Shown: positions 58,996-64,000 of the stretch, piece by piece | Position numbering within the stretch: the first letter of the stretch is position 1 | Layout: each line of letters begins with the position of its first letter | Assembly (NCBI GenBank): GCA_010909165.1 | Contig: MU008169.1 | Location: 1,922,001 to 1,986,000 of the forward strand | Reading direction: 5' to 3' | Origin: Anthoceros angustus | Taxonomy: Eukaryota; Plantae; Anthocerotophyta | DNA length: 64,000 bases | Program-made: the position numbers and the translations under genes | Notes under the pieces: model-generated | What the model saw: the letters and a program-made list of their open reading frames with translations, nothing else | What the model was told of the DNA's origin: nothing | Database searches by the model: none

Positions 58996-61900
58996 TCAAA
59001 GGGGGTTAAGGCAGCCGGCGGTCCGGAGCAATACTCTTCTTATCTCGTCTTCTCCGACTTCGACCTCTTTCAGTTGCTGGAACATGGCAACAATGCACCC
59101 AAGTTGAGCGCGGCTGATAAACGTAGGTGAGGAAGTGAAGGGAAACGTTTCCTGAAGGAAAACATTTTGTACATGTAAATACCTCTGCTCGAAAGACGTC
59201 CAAAGCGAAGCCGTTGAAGCAGCTGATCACGGCTTGCTGCACATCCAGTCCCAGGCCATCCAGAGCTCTCATGGTCGATAGCAACAGCCCCGGCCGTCGT
59301 GCGCAGAACATGTGGATGTTCAACGTTCTGCCTTCTCTTATCACCACTTGCACCTGTCAAGCCCCAGAAGCAAGCTTGAGGCTTGAGCACAGTAAGCAAG
59401 AAGATCCAAGACAGAAGAGTCAGTGAGCAGGCAAAGGAGACACGGTACCCTGGCGGCTTGGGAGTCGGGACTCGGAAGAGGCGTCGGGAACTCCTCCTTC
59501 ACTCGGCAGCCTAGGTTGGAGGACGACGGTAGCAAGCCTGAGGGGCTAGGAGGCAGCTGCCTCTCCGGCGGGTTCTCCAGCTCCTGATGCAAGTCACTGA
59601 TCTGCTGCAACAGGCTTCTGAGGTGCTCGATTGCATCACCCAGTATGGATGCCCGGTCCATCTGCAGTGTAGAATGCATCATATAACCAGACCTTTGAAG
59701 CCAAAGTGAAGGGCTTGAGGAAAAGAGTGGAAGCAAGCCGACCTTTGTGATATTCGGCACAACAGAGCGGAGAGTGTAGAGCCGCTCGTTCAGCTTCTTC
59801 CTACGCCTCCTCTCCGCCATAAGGTTCTTGGCCGGTAGGCCCTTTTTGCCCTTGCCTTTCTCTCCCGCCGCGCCGCTGCTCATCAAGCCCTGGCAACCTC
59901 CATCCAAGCCTAGCATCTCGTCGGACGCAGTTTCGTAGAGCAGAACGGAGCCATCTCCGCTCTCATCCAGATCGTCATCGTCCTTGAAGTCGTCACCGGG
60001 ATCCCCCGCCATCCCGAACTCGTCCAGTAGGGAGTCGTGCAGCCTGGGAGCCGGCGCCTGCGCCTTCCTCTTGTTGTGGTTCACGTTGGGGCTGGCCTGG
60101 TCCGCCATGTCGACCACAGAAGAATCGCCGGGAGACGCGTTCGCCGTGAGCAGCCTGGGCCCCGATTTCACACTGGGAGAGCTGGATCCCAGCAAGCTTG
60201 GCTGCCTCTCTGAAACAGAGTCTGTGGAGGCCCGCCTCCCAGCGGCCTGAGCTGGTGGTGGTGCTGCTGCAACTTGTCAGAGCCTCCTCCTCCTCCTCCT
60301 CCCAGAAGCATCGCCGACGTCACCACACCATCCTTAGCCTGAAGCTCCGCATCAGGAATTGGCAAAGGGATCACCATATCCTCCGCCATTGCCGCCGAGC
60401 GGAGTCCCGAAGCCACCGAAGCCGCCGCCTCCCAGCCGTTGGTGAGCATGTTCCCGATGCCGCCATTCATGCTCCTGCCATAGCCGTCCCTGCTCAGTCC
60501 TCCCAGCGGGCCCGGGCTCAGATTGCTCATCCCGACATTGTGCACCCGCCCGGGCTCAGGCCGTTTCCCGCCGTCCCGCACATCAAATTCCCTCCGCCAT
60601 GCCGAACCCCGACAGAACTCCCACATGGCTCTGCCCGACCTGCACGCCGTCCTGCAGATCCGCCAGCACGTCCAATTGGCTTCCTCCGGCATTGTACCCG
60701 GCCCCCGCCTCCGCCTCCAGGGAAGCCGCCGATGAAGCCCGGCGCGGCGTCGAACGTGAGCGCCCTGTCCAGCAGGCTGACAGGCTCGCCGGAGCCGCTC
60801 CTGTCGTCTCTCCCGCCGCGCCGCTGCTCATCAAGCCCTGGCAACCTCCATCCAAGCCTAGCATCTCGTCGGACGCAGTTTCGTAGAGCAGAACGGAGCC
60901 ATCTCCGCTCTCATCCAGATCGTCATCGTCCTTGAAGTCGTCACCGGGATCCCCCGCCATCCCGAACTCGTCCAGTAGGGAGTCGTGCAGCCTGGGAGCC
61001 GGCGCCTGCGCCTTCCTCTTGTTGTGGTTCACGTTGGGGCTGGCCTGGTCCGCCATGTCGACCACAGAAGAATCGCCGGGAGACGCGTTCGCCGTGAGCA
61101 GCCTGGGCCCCGATTTCACACTGGGAGAGCTGGATCCCGCAGCAAGCTTGGCCGCTCTCTTCTGAAACAGAGTCTGTGGAGGCCCGCCTCCCAGCGGCCT
61201 GAGCTGGTGGTGGTGCTGCTGCAACTTGTCAGAGCTTCCTCCTCCTCCTCCTCCTCCCAGAAGCATCGCCGACGTCACCACACCATCCTTAGCTCCGAAG
61301 CTCCGCATCAGGGAATTGGCAAAGGGATCACCATATCCTCCGCCATTGCCGCCGAGCGGAGTCCCGAAGCCACCGAAGCCGCCGCCTCCCAAGCCGTTGG
61401 TGAGCATGTTCCCGATGCCGCCATTCATGCTCCGCCATAGCCGTCCCGCTCAGTCCTCCCAGCGGGCTCCGGGGCTCAGATTGCTCATCCCGACATTGTG
61501 CACCCGCCGGGCTCAGGCCGTTTCCCGCCGTCCCGCACATCAAATTCCCTCCGCCATGCCGAACCCCGACAGAACTCCCACATGGCTCTGCCCGACCTGC
61601 ACGCCGTCCTGCAGATCCGCCAGCACGTCCAATTGGCTTCCTCCGGCATTGTACCCGCCCCGCCTCCGCCTCCAGGGAAGCCGCCGATGAAGCCCGGCGC
61701 GGCGTCGAACGTGAGCGCCCGTCCAGCAGGCTGGACAGGCTCATGCCGGAGCCGCTCCTGTCGTCTCCCGTACCCCGCCGCCATGGTCCGCCCTGGGGAA
61801 GAAACGGCTGGAAGTGCGTCCCGGCCCGTCCAGCTGCCCGAAGATGCTAGGGCCGCCATGGCTGCCGTCCGAGAGCGGCATGGTGAGTGGCAGCGGCAGC

Positions 61901-62052
61901 TGCAGCGGGGACGACGCCGAGTACGTCAGCTGCTTCATGTCGTCCATGATGGAATTATCACCGGCCCCGGCCATGTACCACTCCTCATCCAGCATTGCCT
62001 TGGTGAAGCTCGCGCTGCAGCTCTGCAGCCCCATGCTATCCTGCATCTGCAC
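58996..62052 (-). CDS. SCRM: ICE1/SCREAM-type bHLH transcription factor with C-terminal ACT-like domain; first exon shows an internal tandem duplication and indels
   Basis: QTLFQKRAA motif, [90 protein letters not shown]; stop TGA at 58998-58996. Confidence 0.9.
59861..61770. repeat. ~950-bp tandem duplication within SCRM exon 1
   Basis: The same sequence starts at 59861 and 60809; the junction reads in frame GCG GGA GAG|ACG ACA. Confidence 0.92.
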
Positions 62053-62689
62053 CTTGCATCAACACACTAGTAGTGTCAGAACAAACAACATCATCCAACA
62101 GAAACAAGACCTCCTTTCCCTCTCTCACACACTCCTGCAGCTTTCACACCGTGAACTACTGCATCAATTGCAAGCTCCATAGCCAATTCCTCCTCACTCA
62201 CCTTGCCTCCCTGGTCGGCGCAGCTCGGGGCGTGGCACATTGCGGTCTGCCCCAGCCCTGCCTCATCTTCCATTCCCGCGCATGTACGACTGCAGCAAGC
62301 GCATCAGCCCGGCGCCGCTCCTGCACAGATTGTTCGCTCTGCTTGCCTTTTCCTTGCAGCGCAAGCAATTCCTTTCCTTTCCTGCCCTCCTTCCTTCCTT
62401 TCTTCCTTGCTTCCTCCCTCACCTTGTTTCCTTGCTTTCCCGCCTTCCTTCTTCCGTGCTTTGCACAAGAGATGGCGGCCGCGGCAGGAGCAGCAGCGAG
62501 CTTGCGCGTCTCAAGGAATCGGCCCAGCCAGCAAAGCGTCTCGCACAGCCGCGTCTCAGCGTCTCACAGCCTCTGCAGCCTCTGGCTCAGGCTCATCATC
62601 GGTAATGATGAAAGGCGCAGAAAAGAGCCTTGAGCGAATGATTTTGCTTTTGAAGGCATCGTACCGCGTCAGAGCGCGGCCCCTTGGCA

Positions 62690-63110
62690 AGGGTGGGCAC
62701 CGGGGAACCGGCTGGCCCGGCCAAGGCCAGCACCGGCTGGCACAAGGGCAGCCCTACGCCAAGGGCTGTACCGCGCTTGCTACCTACCAAGACTTTTGTT
62801 CCTGGCCAGCTGAAGCGTTCGTACTCTACGGACAGCGGCAGGTGGCCAGGCTGGCGAAAGGGCCGGAATCGCCGGTTTCGCCAGCCGCCACCGCGGTTCC
62901 CGGTTGTCGTTTTGGAACGATGCTGCGTACCGCCGCATTGAAGGCCCTTACGACCCGCGCCGTTCGCTTCCCAAGGAGCAGGGGGGTTCCATTAAAGCTC
63001 AGTTAACTATCCCCGCGCGGTTCGAACCCCGGGTTAGTCTCGGACCCGAGTCGCGATTCGCGATTCGCGAATCGGGAATCGGGAATCGGGAATCGGGAAT
63101 CGAGACGAGT
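62690..63110. other. GC-rich, palindrome-rich segment (possible MITE remnant) upstream of SCRM
   Basis: 11-bp stem hairpin GGCTGGCGAAA/TTTCGCCAGCC (62849-62886), inverted ACCGG(G)GAACCG repeats, CGATTCGCGAATCG palindrome and (GGGAATC)x4. Confidence 0.4.
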
Positions 63111-64000
63111 TCGCTTGTGAGGCGTCCTGAGACGCGACTCGCGGCGCCGCGGCAGGCAGACAGATTGCCTCCCTGCTTCCCTGCGGCCCGCTTGCGTGCA
63201 TCCTCGAGCTGCGAACCGGTCCTGTTGTAACGGACAGGGACTCCGATGAAGGTGGTGCGCCAACAGACGGCATTGCGGTTGGGAGAAAGCGAGGTGGACA
63301 GGTACAGATGTGCGCTCCATTGCTCTTTTCAAACTGTGTGTGCGTCCTTGTCGTCGGTTGACTCCGGATGCTGGAAATCCGGGCCTGCTTCTGCGGCAAG
63401 ACGTGTCTGTCTCGTCTCCCTCCGCTTGCTCGGCTGCAAAGAGAGCACCACAGCGGCGGTTTTGTTTTTTAGATCCATTCACGGTGTAACAGTTAGCACA
63501 CTCTCGGCTAGCCACCTGCGCATTCGTCTCATCGGATCGGGACTTGTGTGTCTGTAGATGTGTCTGTTGCTTTAGGTGCAGAAGGTACCTGTTAGGTCAC
63601 GACAGCTGGTAATTGCACCTGTGGATCAACAGTGAGTTTTGTCAGCGAACAAATTTTTCCTTCTTCAACAAGTAAGCACATGTCACGGATGCAGGTAACT
63701 TCTATCCAGCCTCCTGGATTCTTTGCACCGGACGCTTTAGTGTGCCTAAGCAGGTACTTTGCCTGCCAGATTGAAGCCTCATGTTGAGTCTAAAAGCCAG
63801 CTGATTTTCAGCGCGTTGGAGTTGCAGAACTGTCATCTTGTAAAAGAGGTAATTGAGCACTGCCATGGAGTATGGGCCATGACTGTTACACTTTTACATC
63901 CGTAGCCGACCAACTCACTGTTGTATCTGTTTCGTTTCTGTTCCCGAGCAAGGTTGTTTGGACATATGCTCTTTAGGGTCAAGTGGCAGCTTCCTGTTCC

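Noticed and set aside
62985-63035. tRNA or SINE suggested by AGCTCAGTT and GGTTCGAACC (the latter also at ~23211)
   Set aside because: A-B box spacing is too short and no cloverleaf can be folded.
63246-64000. Start of a further plus-strand gene at the window end
   Set aside because: Splice-like signals are present, but no identifiable coding sequence lies within the window.

Overview
Gene-dense nuclear DNA from a seed-free land plant, most likely a hornwort (inference from GC-rich exons, ~80-120 nt introns, a DYW:KP editing factor, the mycorrhizal gene STR2 and the stomatal regulator SCRM/ICE1). Recognisable genes in order: GnTII (+), intronless EXECUTER (-), PLS-PPR with DYW:KP domain (-) head-to-head with RPB11 (+), STR2-type ABCG (-), Y3IP1/CEST (-) head-to-head with a KORRIGAN GH9A (+), an O-fucosyltransferase-family gene (+), a TruA/PUS3 pseudouridine synthase (-), a second intact RPB11 (-) with a PPR pseudogene, HDA14 (-) and SCRM/ICE1 (-). 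Mobile DNA: two decayed RLE-type (CRE-like) non-LTR retrotransposons, a Copia element with a ~4.85 kb nested insertion, and Gypsy/chromovirus fragments. The best candidate for a novel system is the 867-aa PPR protein. It joins an OSB-type 'PDF' ssDNA-binding motif, a PLS array and a DYW:KP (U-to-C type) domain, and the PPR code gives a testable target prediction. Caveat: single-base indels in homopolymer runs and two ~1 kb indel-rich tandem duplications suggest residual long-read errors, so several frameshifts and duplications may be artefacts. All family assignments were made by eye, without database searches.
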